Source of the DNA: Octopus vulgaris
Taxonomy: Eukaryota
Reading direction: 5' to 3'
Assembly (NCBI GenBank): GCA_951406725.2
Contig: OX597827.1
Span: forward strand, 42,718,001-42,782,000
DNA: 64,000 bases
Part shown: one piece after another, positions 1-12,784 of the stretch
Layout of the letters: every line of letters starts with the position of its first letter
Numbering within the stretch: the first letter of the stretch is position 1
Position numbers and translations under genes: made by a program
The notes under the pieces: model-generated
Told to the model about the DNA's origin: nothing
Seen by the model: only the letters and a program-made list of their open reading frames with translations
Database searches by the model: none

Positions 1-37
1 ACATACGCAAAGTACAAATTCACACGTAAACACAGTC

Positions 38-361
<324 letters not shown>

Positions 362-629
362 TCATATATATACTTGAATATATGTGTGAGTGTATGTGTG
401 TGTGAGTGTACGTGTGTGTGAGTGTATGTGTGTGTGTGTGTTGTGTAGAAAGATAAATAAATACACAAATACATTCACATAGATTTATTCAAAGAATTTT
501 TTCAAAAGTATACATACGGGTACACACACACACCTATACCTACACATACACACACATATATATACACATATATTCATATAACATAATATCACACACACAT
601 ATATATACGTACGTATTGTGTGTTTAATA

Positions 630-860
630 TATGTATGTATGTATATCCGTATGCATGTATTGTATGTATGTATGTATGTATTCTATGTATGTATGTATGT
701 ATGTATGTATGTATGTATGTATGTATGTATTGTATGTATGTATGTATGTATGTATGTATGTATGTATGTATGTATGTACTCTATGTATGTATATATGTAT
801 GTATGTATGTTGTATGTATGTATGTATGTATTGTATGTATGTATGTATTGTATGTATGTA
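630..860. repeat. (TATG)n microsatellite
   Basis: Directly visible. Confidence 0.95.
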
Positions 861-1140
861 TACCTAAATTCAGGGAAATTTTTTCCAAACTATAAAACCC
901 AATACATAACTCTAAAACTTATTTCTTTGACACAACTTCACAAATAGTTTTGAAGATAATTCTCCGAGTTGTGCGAAATACGATAACGCGATCATGTGAG
1001 TCTAGAAACGATAAGAAAATGAGCAACACGACAACTCTCCATACCTTCAACTATTAAATCCTACAGTCTATGATCTCTATCGATGGTTAATACAAACATT
1101 GGGAAATAAATTGTCCTGTTTATTAGCGACGCATCGTACA

Positions 1141-1250
1141 AGGCGGTGAGCTGGCAAAGTTGTTATCGTATCGGGCAAAAATTGTTAGCAGCCATTTTTT
1201 TTTTCTGGTCTTTTACGTTCGGAGCTAAAAGCCCGCCGAAGTCAACACTT
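1141..1250 (+). mobile_element. SINE family C, degenerate 5' fragment
   Basis: AGGCGGTGAGCTGGCA...TACGTTCGGAG...CCGCCGAAGTCAAC resembles the family C head at 3231. Confidence 0.6.
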
Positions 1251-1345
1251 CTTTTTTTTTTTGACAAGAAGGTAATATTTCGTACGCAGTACAGCCGTGA
1301 AGGCAGCAGAAAGATTGGGTATTATTACCCTTATAGAGTAATAAT

Positions 1346-1762
1346 AGGCGTATGAGTGGCTGCGTAGTAATTAGCTTGCTTACGAACCACATGGTTCCGG
1401 GTTCAGACCCACTGTGTGGCACCTTGGGCAAGTGTCTTCTACTATTGCCTCGGGCCGACCAAAGCTTTGTGAGTGGATTTGATAGAAGGAAACTGAAAGA
1501 AGCCTGTCGTATATATGTATGTATATATATGTGTGTGTATGTTGGTGTGCATATGTTTGTGTGACTGTGTCTGTCCCCTCAACATCGCTTGACAACCGAT
1601 GCTTGTGTGTATACGTCCTCGTAACTTAGCTGTTCAGCAAAGAGACTGATAGAATAAGTACTAGGCTTACAAAGAATAAATCCTGGGGCCGATTTGCTCG
1701 ACTAAAGGCGCTGCTCCCGCATGGCCACAGTCAAATGACTGAAACAAGTAAAAGAATAAAGG
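1346..1762 (+). mobile_element. SINE family A (tRNA-like head, CORE-like ACCTTGGGCAAGT segment, internal microsatellite)
   Basis: Same layout as copies at 11846, 21327, 36756, 48640 and 60455; B-box-like GGTTCAGACCC; tail CAGTCAAATGACTGAAACAAGTAAAAG. Confidence 0.9.
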
Positions 1763-1890
1763 AGTTATAAAACGGAAAAACGTTGTCAGCAGAGAGCCAC
1801 GGGGCCACGGGGCCCATCCAATCTTTCTGCTGTTTTTACAGCTATACTACGTTCGAAATATTACGTTCTTGTCTGTATAATACAATATAC

Positions 1891-2276
1891 GTGGAGGCGC
1901 AATGGCCCAGTGGTTAGGGCAGCGGACTCGCGGTCATAGGATCGCGGTTTCGATTCCCAGACCGGGCGTTGTGAGTGTTTATTGAGCGAAAACACCTAAA
2001 ACTCCACGAGGCTCCGGCAGGGGATGGTAGTGATCCCTGCTGTACTCTTTCACCACAACTTTCTCTCACTCTTACTTTCTGTTTCTGTTGTGCCTGTATT
2101 TCAAAAGGCCGGCCTTGTCACTCTCTGTGTCACGCTGAATATCCCCGAGAACTACGTTAAGGGTACACGAGTCTGTGGAGTGCTCAGCCACTTACACGTT
2201 AATTTCACGAGCAGGCTGTTCCGTTGATTCGGATCAAGCGGAACCCTCATCGTCGTAACCGACGGAGTCCTTCCAC
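1891..2276 (+). mobile_element. SINE family B, full length (tRNA-derived head)
   Basis: A box TGGCCCAGTGG, B box GTTTCGATTCC; 12-bp TSD AATACAATATAC (1879-1890 and 2277-2288); near-identical copies at 7001, 10708 and 52542. Confidence 0.92.
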
Positions 2277-2464
2277 AATACAATATACTTTCGACGCTTC
2301 TGAAAACAAAGTAAAGCTTTGTCTACATATGTTGTTATTGCATCTCCTTTTATCGTTTCGCAGTCATAAAATAAAGAAACCGTCAGGTGCTGGTTTCGAT
2401 TCAATGGAATTGGCTAACCGCTTCCCTTCAAAAATGCTGGCCTTGTGTCAAAATTAGTTACAAT

Positions 2465-4118
2465 GTGGTGAACTAGCAGAAGCGTTAGAAGGCCGGTGAA
2501 AATGCTTTGCATTATTTCTTCCGTTTTTTTTATATTTCGTATTCAAATATTGCGGAGGTCAACTTTAAATTTCATTCATTCGAAATCGAAAGTACTAGTC
2601 AATTATTGTCGCCGATCTAATCAACTAACCCCATCCTGGTTTTTATACTAAAATCTGAAACACTGACAAAGAGCACTTGTGAAAATGCTTTGCAATATTC
2701 CTTACGGCTAAAGTGGTCTTGTTGCCTAGAGTAGAGAAGAAAATAAAGGGCGGCAAGCTGGCAGAATCGTTAGCACACCGGGCGAAATATTTAGCGGTAT
2801 TTCGTCTGTCTTCACGTTCTGAGTTCAAATTCCGCCGAGGTCGACTTTGCCTTTCATCTTTTCGGGATCGATAAATTAAGTACCAGTTGTGTACTGGGGT
2901 CGATCTAATTGACTGGTCCCCTCCCCCCAAAATTTCGGGCCTTGTGCTTAGAGCAGTAAAGAATATTTCTTACAGTTAATGTGGCGAACTGGCAGACTCG
3001 TTAGCACGCCGGGCGAAATGCTTAGCGGTATTTCGTCTACCGCTACGTTCTGAGTTCAAATTCCTCCGAGGTCGACTTTGCTTTTCATCCTTTCGGAGTC
3101 GATTAAATAAGTACCAGTTACGCACTGGGTCGATGTAATCGACTTAGTCCCTTTGTCTGTCCTTGTTCGTCCCCTCCAGGTTTAGCCCCCTGTGGACAAT
3201 AACGAAATATATATTTTGATTATATTTTAAGGCGGCAAGCTGGCAGAAACGTTAGCACGCCGGGCGAAATGCTTGGTGGTATTTCGTCCGCCGCTGCCTT
3301 CTGAGTTCAAATTCCGCCGAGGTCGACTTTGCCTTTCATCCTTTCGGGGTCGATTAAATAAGTACCAGTTACGCACTGGAGTCGATATAATCGACTTAAT
3401 CTGTTTGTCTGTCCTTGTTTGTCCTCTCTCTGTTTAGCCCCTTCTGGGTAGTAAAGAAATAGGTATTTCGTTTGTCTTTACGTTCTGAGTTCAAATTCCG
3501 CCGAGGTCGACTCTGCCTTTCATTCTTTCGGGGTTTATAAATGTAGTACCTGTTGCGTACTGGGTCGATCTAAATGACTGGCCCCCATATTTCTTATGGC
3601 TCTTTACATTTTGAGTTCAAATCCTGCCAAGATCAACTTCGTATTTCATTCTTTCAGGGTGGATAAAATAAAGTACCTGTTAAATATTGACGTTAATAAT
3701 ATCGACTGACCCCTCCCCCTCAAAACTGCTGGATTTGTTCCACAGCTAGTGATAGAGTAGTGATCTGGCCGAATCGTTAGAGAGTCAAAAATATTTTGTG
3801 TCTTTTTTTTCTTCTGTTTCTTTAAATTTCGATTTCAAATCCTGCCTAGTTCTTTCATCCTTTTCGTGTCGATGAAACAAATGCCATATTTGAGCACTGG
3901 CATTGAAGTAATCGTCTGCCCTTCCCCTGACCCTAAAATTGCTGGCCTTGTACCAATATTTGAAACCATTGTTACAATGTACATGGCTGCGAGATGACAG
4001 CATTCTTAGAGAGCCGGGAAAAACCTTTGCAGTATTTCCTTTGGCACTTTTCGTTCTGAGTCTAAATACTGCGGACGTCAACTTTGCTTTTCGTCTTTAC
4101 AGAATCGATAAAAATAAA
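2465..4118 (+). mobile_element. Head-to-tail cluster of about 8 SINE family C copies of different ages
   Basis: Repeated GGCGGCAAGCTGGCAGAA..GTTAGCACGCCGGGCGAAAT..GAGTTCAAATTCCGCCGAGGTCGACTTTGCCTTTCATCCTTTCGGGGTCGAT at about 2749, 2980, 3231 and 3462; decayed copies at about 2465, 3590, 3765 and 3985. Confidence 0.88.
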
Positions 4119-5320
4119 TGACCGTTTTGGCTGTTAATCGGAGCAGTGGATTAGCAAAGGTTCTTAGCATATTGGAAGAAAGAGATTTTCTTTTTACCTC
4201 TTACTTCAATTAACAGCCATGATAAAACAAATAAAATTTTATATCTCTTCACACCTGGTAATAAACTGAAGGAAGTCTACAACATGCGGTTAGGGGTTTC
4301 AAATATTTGAATTGACAGATGTCAAAGTCAAGCTCATATTCTGTAGGAATGCGAAGGTGAGATAGAGTTTATTGCAGGATTCAGCTGTTCTGAAGAAAAA
4401 ACAATTTCTGCGAGAAATTTGAAACGTGTCTGAGATTTGAAAGAAGTGTGGATGAGATTTTCTAAATTTAGTAAATTCTCAGGTTTCTAATGGTAAACTC
4501 CCGGACTGGTGGGGCCAATGAATGAAGCTGAATGGAACACCGTTCATAGAAAAAACAGTTGAAATGGGTCAAATTTACAACATTCCATCAATAACAAAGA
4601 AGTTTGAGTAACAAAGAGAGACCATCTCCACATAGGTTGCGTATTCAATTCTGTATTCTATCAAGACGAAACAGAACATTGGAATAAATCCATCCAAAAT
4701 ATGCGAACTTTTATGCGGTATTGGAAAATAAAGCAGTATTAGATTAAAATAGTCATCTATGTATCATACTTAATGTATATACATTAAGTATGATACATAG
4801 GTGGCTAGTTTTGTGAGAGCATTGTTCTGTTTTGGTTCTTGTAGAGATACAGTAAGGCTTCAAGTTTAGAAACTTTTCTTTTTTGAACGATGAAACGAGT
4901 CCATCATTTTTAGCTCTTAGGTAGTAGTCGATTTGTAAGAGTTCCATTTCAAATTAGGCATAAATTTAAGACCCAAGCGTCTATGCAAGCAAGGAGTATC
5001 TTCTTCAAAGTAGTCCCATCAATCAAAACAGGTGAGAGCAAGAATTTCACGATGGTAGAAGGAAAATGCAGAGCTGATTCTAGAAGCATTAAACGTACCG
5101 TGCCATATGTTTCGCATTGCACGATTCCAAGAACTGAAAATATATACTACTAGGTCCACTTTTAATGTTCTTAGAAAAGAGTAATGTCATCAGAAAATAT
5201 GCCAATACGCTATTATTATTGTTATATTTCGGGGCGGTCATTTTTTCTTGCCAAATAAACACACGCACTATATAATCGTTCTTCACTGCAGATTTAATAT
5301 TGTTCTTATTTATGTCCATT

Positions 5321-5364
5321 GTCTGGAAATCTTTCGTCACACGTCCTGTGACCTCTTCAGCGAC
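5321..5364 (-). ncRNA. Minimal type I hammerhead ribozyme-like motif
   Basis: Minus strand GTCG-CTGAAGA-G-GTCACA-ggacg-TGTGAC-GAAA-GATT-TC-C(A)GAC: canonical core, perfect 6-bp stem II, short bulged stem I, minimal stem III. Confidence 0.65.
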
Positions 5365-5636
5365 TCTCCATCCCACGTGCCTCCTCCTGTTCTGTTTAGT
5401 TCATGGACGAACGTGGGATGTGTGTCGAAAGATTTTCAGACAAAGGACATAAAATAAGAACAATAATAAATCTGAAGCGAAAAACGAATATATAGTGCGT
5501 GTGTTTATTTGGCAAAAAAATGACCGTCCCGAAATATAACAAAAAAGTAATAAAGTCCTTTATTGTCATATTTTCTGATGACATGACGCTTTTCTAAGAA
5601 CATTAACAGTGGATCTAGTTACACGTAGAATGGAGA

Positions 5637-5680
5637 GTCGCTGAAGAGGTCACAGGACGTGCGTCGAAAGACTTCCAGGT
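5637..5680 (+). ncRNA. Second copy of the hammerhead-like motif (stem II mutated)
   Basis: GTCG CTGAAGA GGTCACAGGACGTGCGTC GAAA GACTTC. Confidence 0.5.
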
Positions 5681-6704
5681 GAAGGACATAAAATAAGAAC
5701 AATGATGAAATAAATCTGAAGTGCCAGTGTTTATTTAGCAAAAAAGAATTTTAAAAAAGGCCATCATGAAATATAACAATACCTGTTTCAATACGCGATT
5801 TCACATCAGTAATCTTGCATAACAAATTCATAAACTTAACGACTTGACTATTTTTGTCAGGAAAATCGGCGATAAAGAGCAGGAAGAGCGTAGGTCTTAG
5901 GACAGATACTCCTGGTCTATCATCCTCATATATTTCATGAATATATATCTGAGTTGCCACTGGTGGCAGCTTTCAAACGTATTTCTCCGTTGGGAACACT
6001 CAGATGGCGAGTGGGAAAAGATTCTACCAGATAAACCACGACTGGTTTGTTTATGAAGCAGGCCACAAGCACCATACCTTCTCAAATTCTTTGGAGATGT
6101 CGAAGGCCAAAAAGATAAGCATAAAAGCTGCTTTCTGGTATGCTGCTGCTGCTTCTGTGAGTGGTGCTGTATCGTATGAGCAGTGAATCTGGAAGACTGA
6201 AAACCGCAACGCTTGTCGTTAAAAACTTGACTCTCTTCAAGTGGTTAATGACGTGCTTCTAAAAGATAGAATCAAACGGCTAACTTTGCATACTTAATAG
6301 GCTAATTGGTCTATATTAAGGAAGAGAGGAGGGACAGAGAGAGAGGGAAGGAAAGAGAGAGGGTGAGAGAGAGAATTATTGAGAAGGAGGGCGTGCGAGG
6401 GTGAGGGGGAAAGAGGGAGGAAGAGAAAGACAGAAAGAGAAAGAGAGGGAAAGGAAGAGAAAAATGGCTGAAAAGGTTATCAGACAACAAGGATCACTCA
6501 AAATTTGAAAATGGAGTTAAATTCTTTTCTAATCACTGAGTGGAACCTGTCAAATGTATGAAGTCTGAGTTTTAGGTGAAATCCAGCGAATATTCGTATT
6601 CAACAACAACAAATCTCTACTGACATGGTATTTCTGAACCCGTTAGACATACCTGGATCCCACCTCAACAGCTTCAGAGGTTGTAGCAATGTAAGCTCAA
6701 ATCA

Positions 6705-6840
6705 AATTCCGCCGAGGTTGACTTTGCCTTTCATCCTTTCGGGATCGATAAATCAAGTACCTGTTGCGTACTGGGGTCAATATAATCAACTGGTCCCCTC
6801 CCCAAAGATTTCAAGCCTTGTGCCAAGAGTAGAAAAAGAA
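6705..6840 (+). mobile_element. SINE family C, 3' part (short-tail type)
   Basis: AATTCCGCCGAGGTTGACTTTGCCTTTCATCCTTTCGGGATCG...CCTTGTGCCAAGAGTAGAAAAG. Confidence 0.8.
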
Positions 6841-7000
6841 ATGTAAGTTCAATGGTAGTTGAGGTTTGATCCGATGCGATACGAGTTTTCGCTCAGAATA
6901 TTTTTCCTGACTTCATACTGTATCTATCTATCTGTCGATCTAACTAGATAGATAGATAGATAAATAGATAGTTTTTATAATAATAAGCATTTGTATATTT

Positions 7001-7369
7001 GGAAGCACTCCGTAGGTTACGACGACGAGGGTTCCGGTTGATCCGAATCAACGGAACAGCCTGCTCGTGAAATTAACGTGCAAGTGGCTGAGCACTCCAC
7101 AGACACGTGTACCCCTAACGTAGTTCTCGGGGATATTCAGCGTGACACAGAGAGTGACAAGGCCGGCCCTTTGAAATACAGGTACAACAGAAACAGGAAA
7201 GTTGTGGTGAAAGAGTACAGCAGGGATCACCACCATCCCCTACCGGAGCCTCGTGGAGCTTTAGGTGTTTTCGCTCAATAAACACTCACAACGCCCGGTC
7301 TGGGAATCGAAACCGCGATCCTATGACCGCGAGTCCGCTGCCCTAATCACTGGGCCATTGCGCCTCCAC
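7001..7369 (-). mobile_element. SINE family B
   Basis: Reverse complement of the 1891 copy; 12-bp TSD ATTTGTATATTT (6989-7000 and 7370-7381). Confidence 0.92.
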
Positions 7370-7797
7370 ATTTGTATATTTATTTATATAATGTATACAT
7401 ATTTATTATATATCTTCGTATATAATATATATGTGTGTGTGTGTGTACTTTGATACTTTGATAGGTTTCTGCCAGTATTGGCCCAGGCCATGTCTAACAT
7501 AATAGCACCACGTGGCGAAGTCATTTAAATCAGGAATCGAGCAACATGGCCCACTCAAGTAGAGAATTATTATTTTAGGGAGACATATCCGGGTGTAGGA
7601 GGTTTATCCGAGATTTTTTGAAGGAATTTGTCCAAATTTGAACTTTATGGGGTCTGTTTCTGCTTTATTGTGTTTTGTTGTAACGTTAAAGAGGGCGGGG
7701 TCAAATGATGTGAAATAATTGCGCCGTATTGTTGTTAGGAAATGCGAGTGTGATTTACGTTGTGGGGCGGATAGCATGAGGCCCAAGTCTGGTATAT

Positions 7798-7925
7798 ATC
7801 ATCATCATCATCATTGTTCGACCGTGGTCGAGACAATGGAATTTACCATGCTACGCCAGACTTCACGGTCCATCATGGCAGGAGGTTGCTGGAGGTTGCC
7901 TGTATCCCTGGAGATTACATCAGGT
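7798..7925 (-). mobile_element. RTE-type LINE extreme 3' end
   Basis: Minus-strand PDVISRDTG...AMMDREVWRSMV...* followed by a (TGA)n tail, typical of RTE ORF termini. Confidence 0.55.
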
Positions 7926-7949
7926 AGGAGAGTGGTATATATATGTATA

Positions 7950-8005
<56 letters not shown>

Positions 8006-8382
8006 AGAGCATATATTCATATATATGTATCTAACTATGCACACATTTATATGCGTGTGTGTGTGTGTATATGTAAGCATGTATGCGAAGTAGATTTTGA
8101 AAAAGGATATATGAACAAGGAGCACGTAGTTTGAGCGCCTCGTGTTTATATGTTTAACACTAGGTGTTCCTGCTGAGGACGATTTCACCTGGCGAGTGTA
8201 TATGTTATTCATTCACTTGCTAAACTAAAATCAGAAACCAATTGGTCCAGGAAACTAGATGGTAGAATGTTTTTATTTTTCCTTTCGTTCTTGTCGAATT
8301 TTATCCCTAATTTTGTGGTTATAGAATCTAGCTGTTCTTTCTAGCGTGTTGAATCCTATGAGTGGATTCTTCATGTGTTTAA

Positions 8383-8436
<54 letters not shown>

Positions 8437-8475
8437 GCATAGAGAGAGAGGGAGAGGGTGAGGCAAACAGATAGA

Positions 8476-8519
<44 letters not shown>

Positions 8520-8601
8520 TAGATAGACAGAAAGATAGACAGACACACAGACAGACAGATAGACAGACAGACAGACAGACAGACAGTCAGATAGATAGAT
8601 A

Positions 8602-8647
<46 letters not shown>

Positions 8648-8989
8648 TTGCTTTTGTATATCTACGGGGATTTATATACGTATAGAAATGTCTCTACCTA
8701 GCTAGGGCACATCTGTGTGTGTTCATTTATACACACACACACACACACACACACCACCACCACCACCACCACCACCACCATTGCCATTACCATTCAGACA
8801 TGAACACGCGCCAGTTTCATGTATATATATATACATAAATGTTATTAAATTTTTAACGAGAAAAATATGTGGCACATCCGGTACACCGGGAACTCACCAA
8901 GGTGTACTAGCTTCTGCATTGATATAGGATGGCAGAGAGACCTTTTTTTTTTGGGACTGTTTGTGATGGTGAGGGAGATAGTAGTACGT

Positions 8990-10200
8990 AGTGGTAGTGT
9001 TGCTAGTTGCGGTGGTGGTGGTGGTGGTGGTGGTAGTGGCGGTGGTGGCTGCGGCGGCGGTGGTGGTGGTGGTGGTGGTGGTGATGGTGGTGGTGTGGTG
9101 GGTGGTGGTGGTGGTGGTCGGTGATGGTGGTGGTGGTGGTTGTGGTGGTGGTGGTGAGTGTGGAGATGGCTTGATAGTGTTGAAGATTATGGCGGTGATG
9201 GTGCTGGTGTTGCTGGTAGTTAATTCTCCTTGGTGGTGATGGTCGTGGCGGTGGTGGTTGCAGTGGTGGTGGTGGTGGTGGTGGTGGTGGTGGTGGTGAT
9301 AGCAATACGGTTGTAGTCGTTGTTGTTGATGTCGCTGCCGGTGGTGGTGGTGGTGTATAAGCGTGCCGGAGTATTGATACGTGGAAGAGGAAGAGAAGTG
9401 TGTGTGTGTGAATATGTGTGTATGTGTGCGTGTGTGCGTGTGTGCGTGTGTGTGTGTGTGTGTGTGAGTGAGTGTTATGTTCGAGTGAACGTTTCAGAGT
9501 AAAACGGAGAAGAGGTGATGGAGATATGTTCTGGAGGCGAACCAGTCGGGTTTCATGTTTTGTAAGAGGTGGCGAATACTCAGCTGTGTATGTGTGTGTA
9601 TGCGTGCGTCTGCGTAAGGGTATGTGTGTGTGCATATCTGTGGGTACATACGTGTGTGTGTGTGTGCATATGTTTGTGTGTGCGTGTGCGTAAGGTTGTG
9701 TGTGTGTGAATGTGTGTGTATGCGTGTGCGTGAGAGTGTGTATGTGTGCATGTGTGTGTCTATATGCACGTACGTGAGGGTGTGTGTGTATATGTGTGTA
9801 TATTTGTGTGTGTAAGGGTGTGTATGCGTGCATGTGTGTGTGTGTATGCGTGTACTTCAGATTGTGCAGATTGTGTGTATGTGCGCATGTGTGTGTATGT
9901 GTGCATAATTGTGTGTGCGTGCGTGAGGGTGTGTACGTGTGTGTGTGCATATATGTGTGTGTGTGTGTGTGTGCGTGTGCCTGAGGGCGTGTGTGTGCGC
10001 ATATGTGTGTGTATGCGTGTGCGAGAGAGTGTTTGTGTACATATGTGCGTATGCATGTGCGTGAGTGTGTGTCCATATGTGTGTGTGTGTGTGTATGCGT
10101 GAGCGTATGTGTGCGCGCATATGTGTGTAAGCGTGTGCGTGAGATTGTGTGTGTGTGTGTGTGTGTGCATATGTGTGAGTATGTTTGTGTGTGTGTGTGT
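8990..10200. repeat. (GGT)n-rich then cryptic (TG)n low-complexity tract
   Basis: Directly visible; source of His/Thr and Val/Cys pseudo-ORFs. Confidence 0.9.
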
Positions 10201-10400
10201 TCGAAGATTTGATGAGGCTGATGAAGAGACAATGTACAGAGGACTGGGCGGTTGTATCATAGTAATAATTGTTGTTGTTGTTATTGTTGTTGCTGTGGTG
10301 GTGGTGGTGGTGGTGGCGGCTGTAGTAGTGGTGGCGGCAGCGGTGGTGGTGCTATTGGAGGTGAAGTTGGAATCGCGAGTGCATAAGATGTTTTTTTTCT

Positions 10401-10449
<49 letters not shown>

Positions 10450-10707
10450 GTATGTGCCTGTGTGCGAAGGTGGTGATGAAATATCTGGAAATTAAGGGCT
10501 GGAGATTCTGTGCGCATGTGCATATATGTGCATGTGTATGTACGCAGCATAATATATGCGTGAATGAGTGCGCGACACGCGTGTGTGAGTTTATATTCTG
10601 TAGAAAGAACGAGGGATGAACAGGGAAGGGATATTTTTAGCTGTAGAGGAAGGATGTGGTATTTGTATATTTCTTGCTATTGTTGCTGTTGTTGTTGTTG
10701 TTATCGT

Positions 10708-11098
10708 GTGGAGGCGCAATGGGCCAGTGGTTAGGGCAGCGGGCCCGCAGTTATAGGATCACGGTTTCGATTCCCAGACCGGGCGTTGTGTGTGTTTATT
10801 GAGCGAAAAAATCCTAAAGCTCCACGAGGCTCCGGCAGCGGGTGGTGGTGAACCCTGCTATATTCTTTCACCACAACTGTCTCTCACTCTTTCTTCCTGT
10901 TTCTGTTGTAGCTGTATTTCAAAGGGGCCAGCCTTTTCACACTCTCTGTCACGCTGAATCTCCCCGAGAACTACGTTAAGGTTACGCGTGTCCGTGGAAT
11001 GCTCAGCCACTTGCACGTTAATTTCACGAGCAAACTGTTCCATTGATCGGATCAACTAGAACCCTCGTCGTCGTAACTGACGGAGTGCCACGAAAAAA
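10708..11098 (+). mobile_element. SINE family B
   Basis: Full head and tail; 12-bp TSD TGTTGTTATCGT (10696-10707 and 11099-11110). Confidence 0.9.
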
Positions 11099-11109
11099 TG
11101 TTGTTATCG

Positions 11110-11357
11110 TGGTGGTGGTGGTGGTGGTGGTGGTGGTGGTGGTGGTGGTGGTGGTGGTGTGGTAGTGGAGTGAGCATGTTGCTATTGTTGTTCTTATTGT
11201 TGTTGGTGGTGGTAGTGGTTGTGGAGCCAGTTGATACGTCACTATTGTCTTCTTCTCCTTCGCCTTCTTCTTCTTCTTCTTCTTCTTCTTCTTCTTCTTC
11301 TCCTTCTTCTTCTTCTTCTTCTTCTTCTTCTTCTTCTTCTTCTTCTTCTTCTTCTTC
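11110..11357. repeat. (GGT)n and (TTC)n microsatellites
   Basis: Directly visible. Confidence 0.9.
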
Positions 11358-11462
11358 CAATCAGGACTCACGCCATTAGCCACAAAGAATAATCTCTAAT
11401 TCGAGCCTACTCTAAGCTGCTAAGAATGCATGTGGAAACATGAAGATCCACCCACCACACGT

Positions 11463-11545
11463 GGCTACAGTAAAAGACACTTGCCCAAGGTGCCACGCAG
11501 TAGGACTGAACCCGGAATCATGTGGTTGGTAAGCAAGCTACTTAC
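11463..11545 (-). mobile_element. SINE family A, head fragment
   Basis: GACACTTGCCCAAGGTGCCACGCAG..GTAAGCAAGCTACTTAC is the reverse complement of the A head. Confidence 0.8.
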
Positions 11546-11845
11546 ATATGCATATGTAAGTATGTATGCATATATATGTACAGCCAATCCCATATTTTTT
11601 TTAAATACGTTTATTTTTGGATAGGACCTTATGTTTGTTTACCATTTTTTCTTCTTTTTCTTTTGTCAAATTTAACCTGAACACCTTAAAGTCCAAAAGC
11701 CATACATTGCAGGTTATTGTTGAGCAGATGTCTTCAAACACAGCAATCGGTCTACTGTGTCTTGAAGCTGAATCCACCGTTGCCTTTTAGCAAAGAAACG
11801 AAGTCTAACTTCTCTCGCCGAGTGATAACAGCGAAGAAGCTGTAC

Positions 11846-12010
11846 AGGCGCAGGAGTGGCTGTGTGATAAGTAGCTTGCTTACCAGCCACATGATTCCGG
11901 TTTCGTTCCCACTGCGTGGCACCTTGGGCAAGTGTCTTCTACTATAGCCTCGGGCCGACCAAAGCCTTGTGAGTGGATTTGGTAGACGGAAACTGAAAGA
12001 AGCCCCGTCG

Positions 12011-12069
<59 letters not shown>

Positions 12070-12288
12070 TTGTGTGTCTGTGTTTGTCCCCCCAACATCG
12101 CTTGACAACCGATGTTGGTGTGTTTACGTCCGCGTAACCTAGCGGTTCGGCAAAAGAGAGACCGATAGAATAAGTACTAGGCTTACAAAGAATAAGTCGT
12201 GGGGCCGATTTGCTCGACTAAAGGCGGTGCTCCAGCATGGCCGCTGTCACATGACTGAAACAAGTAAAAGAGTAAGGAGAGTAAAGAA
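11846..12288 (+). mobile_element. SINE family A, full length
   Basis: Complete head, internal (TA)/(TG) tract and tail. Confidence 0.92.
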
Positions 12289-12723
12289 AGTTGAAGACGT
12301 GGTAACTTTGGAGGACACAGTTCTTCCTCCAATGTCTTAACCATTTCTATACTAAGTGAATTACTTATAATTACTTAGAATAATATGTATTTTTTCCTTT
12401 GTTTCTTCCTTGCTTTCATTCTTTTTTTCTTTCGTTCTATTTTTCTTTCTTCTTTTTTTTTTTATGTATTTATTTTGAATATCAGCATCATAATTAATGT
12501 GATCTAATTGGCTATTATGCAAACATATGTTAATAATTATGTAATTAGGAAATGACATAACGATTGATATCCATCTTTGTTGGTGTATATGTAACTGTGT
12601 GTTTGTAGACGCGTGTATAAATATATATATATACACATGCACACAACATACAACACACACACACATACACATGTATATACACATACAAATTTAGCGATAT
12701 ATATGTGAATTTCGTATGCAAAC

Positions 12724-12784
<61 letters not shown>

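Larger units (their letters stand above)
5148..5740. mobile_element. Inverted plus tandem repeat of an ~235-nt unit carrying hammerhead motifs (Penelope-derived or retrozyme-like)
   Basis: 5148-5378 is the reverse complement of the unit at about 5410-5620, which is followed by a further partial unit at 5622-5740. Confidence 0.75.
4330..6290 (-). pseudogene. Decayed non-LTR retrotransposon reverse transcriptase (Jockey/CR1-like), interrupted by the repeat at 5148-5740
   Basis: Minus-strand frames give LAFDISKEFEKVW (about 6075-6110; cf. ALDISKAFDRVW), GVSVLRPTLFLLFIADFPD (about 5860-5915; cf. GVPQGSVLGPTLFLLFINDLP), LGLKFMPNLKWNSY (about 4935-4978) and EQCSH (cf. EYCSH); many stops and frameshifts. 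Confidence 0.75.

Noticed and set aside
1891-1967. SINE heads as tRNA genes
   Set aside because: A/B boxes are present but there is no complete cloverleaf; they continue into SINE bodies bounded by TSDs
2749-3587. Regularly recurring repeats as a CRISPR-like array
   Set aside because: Eukaryotic context; the units are ~200-bp SINE copies with no unique spacers and no cas genes
9003-10232. 409-aa His/Thr-rich ORF and the many other YI/CV/HT/poly-X ORFs
   Set aside because: They are translations of stop-free microsatellites with no domain content
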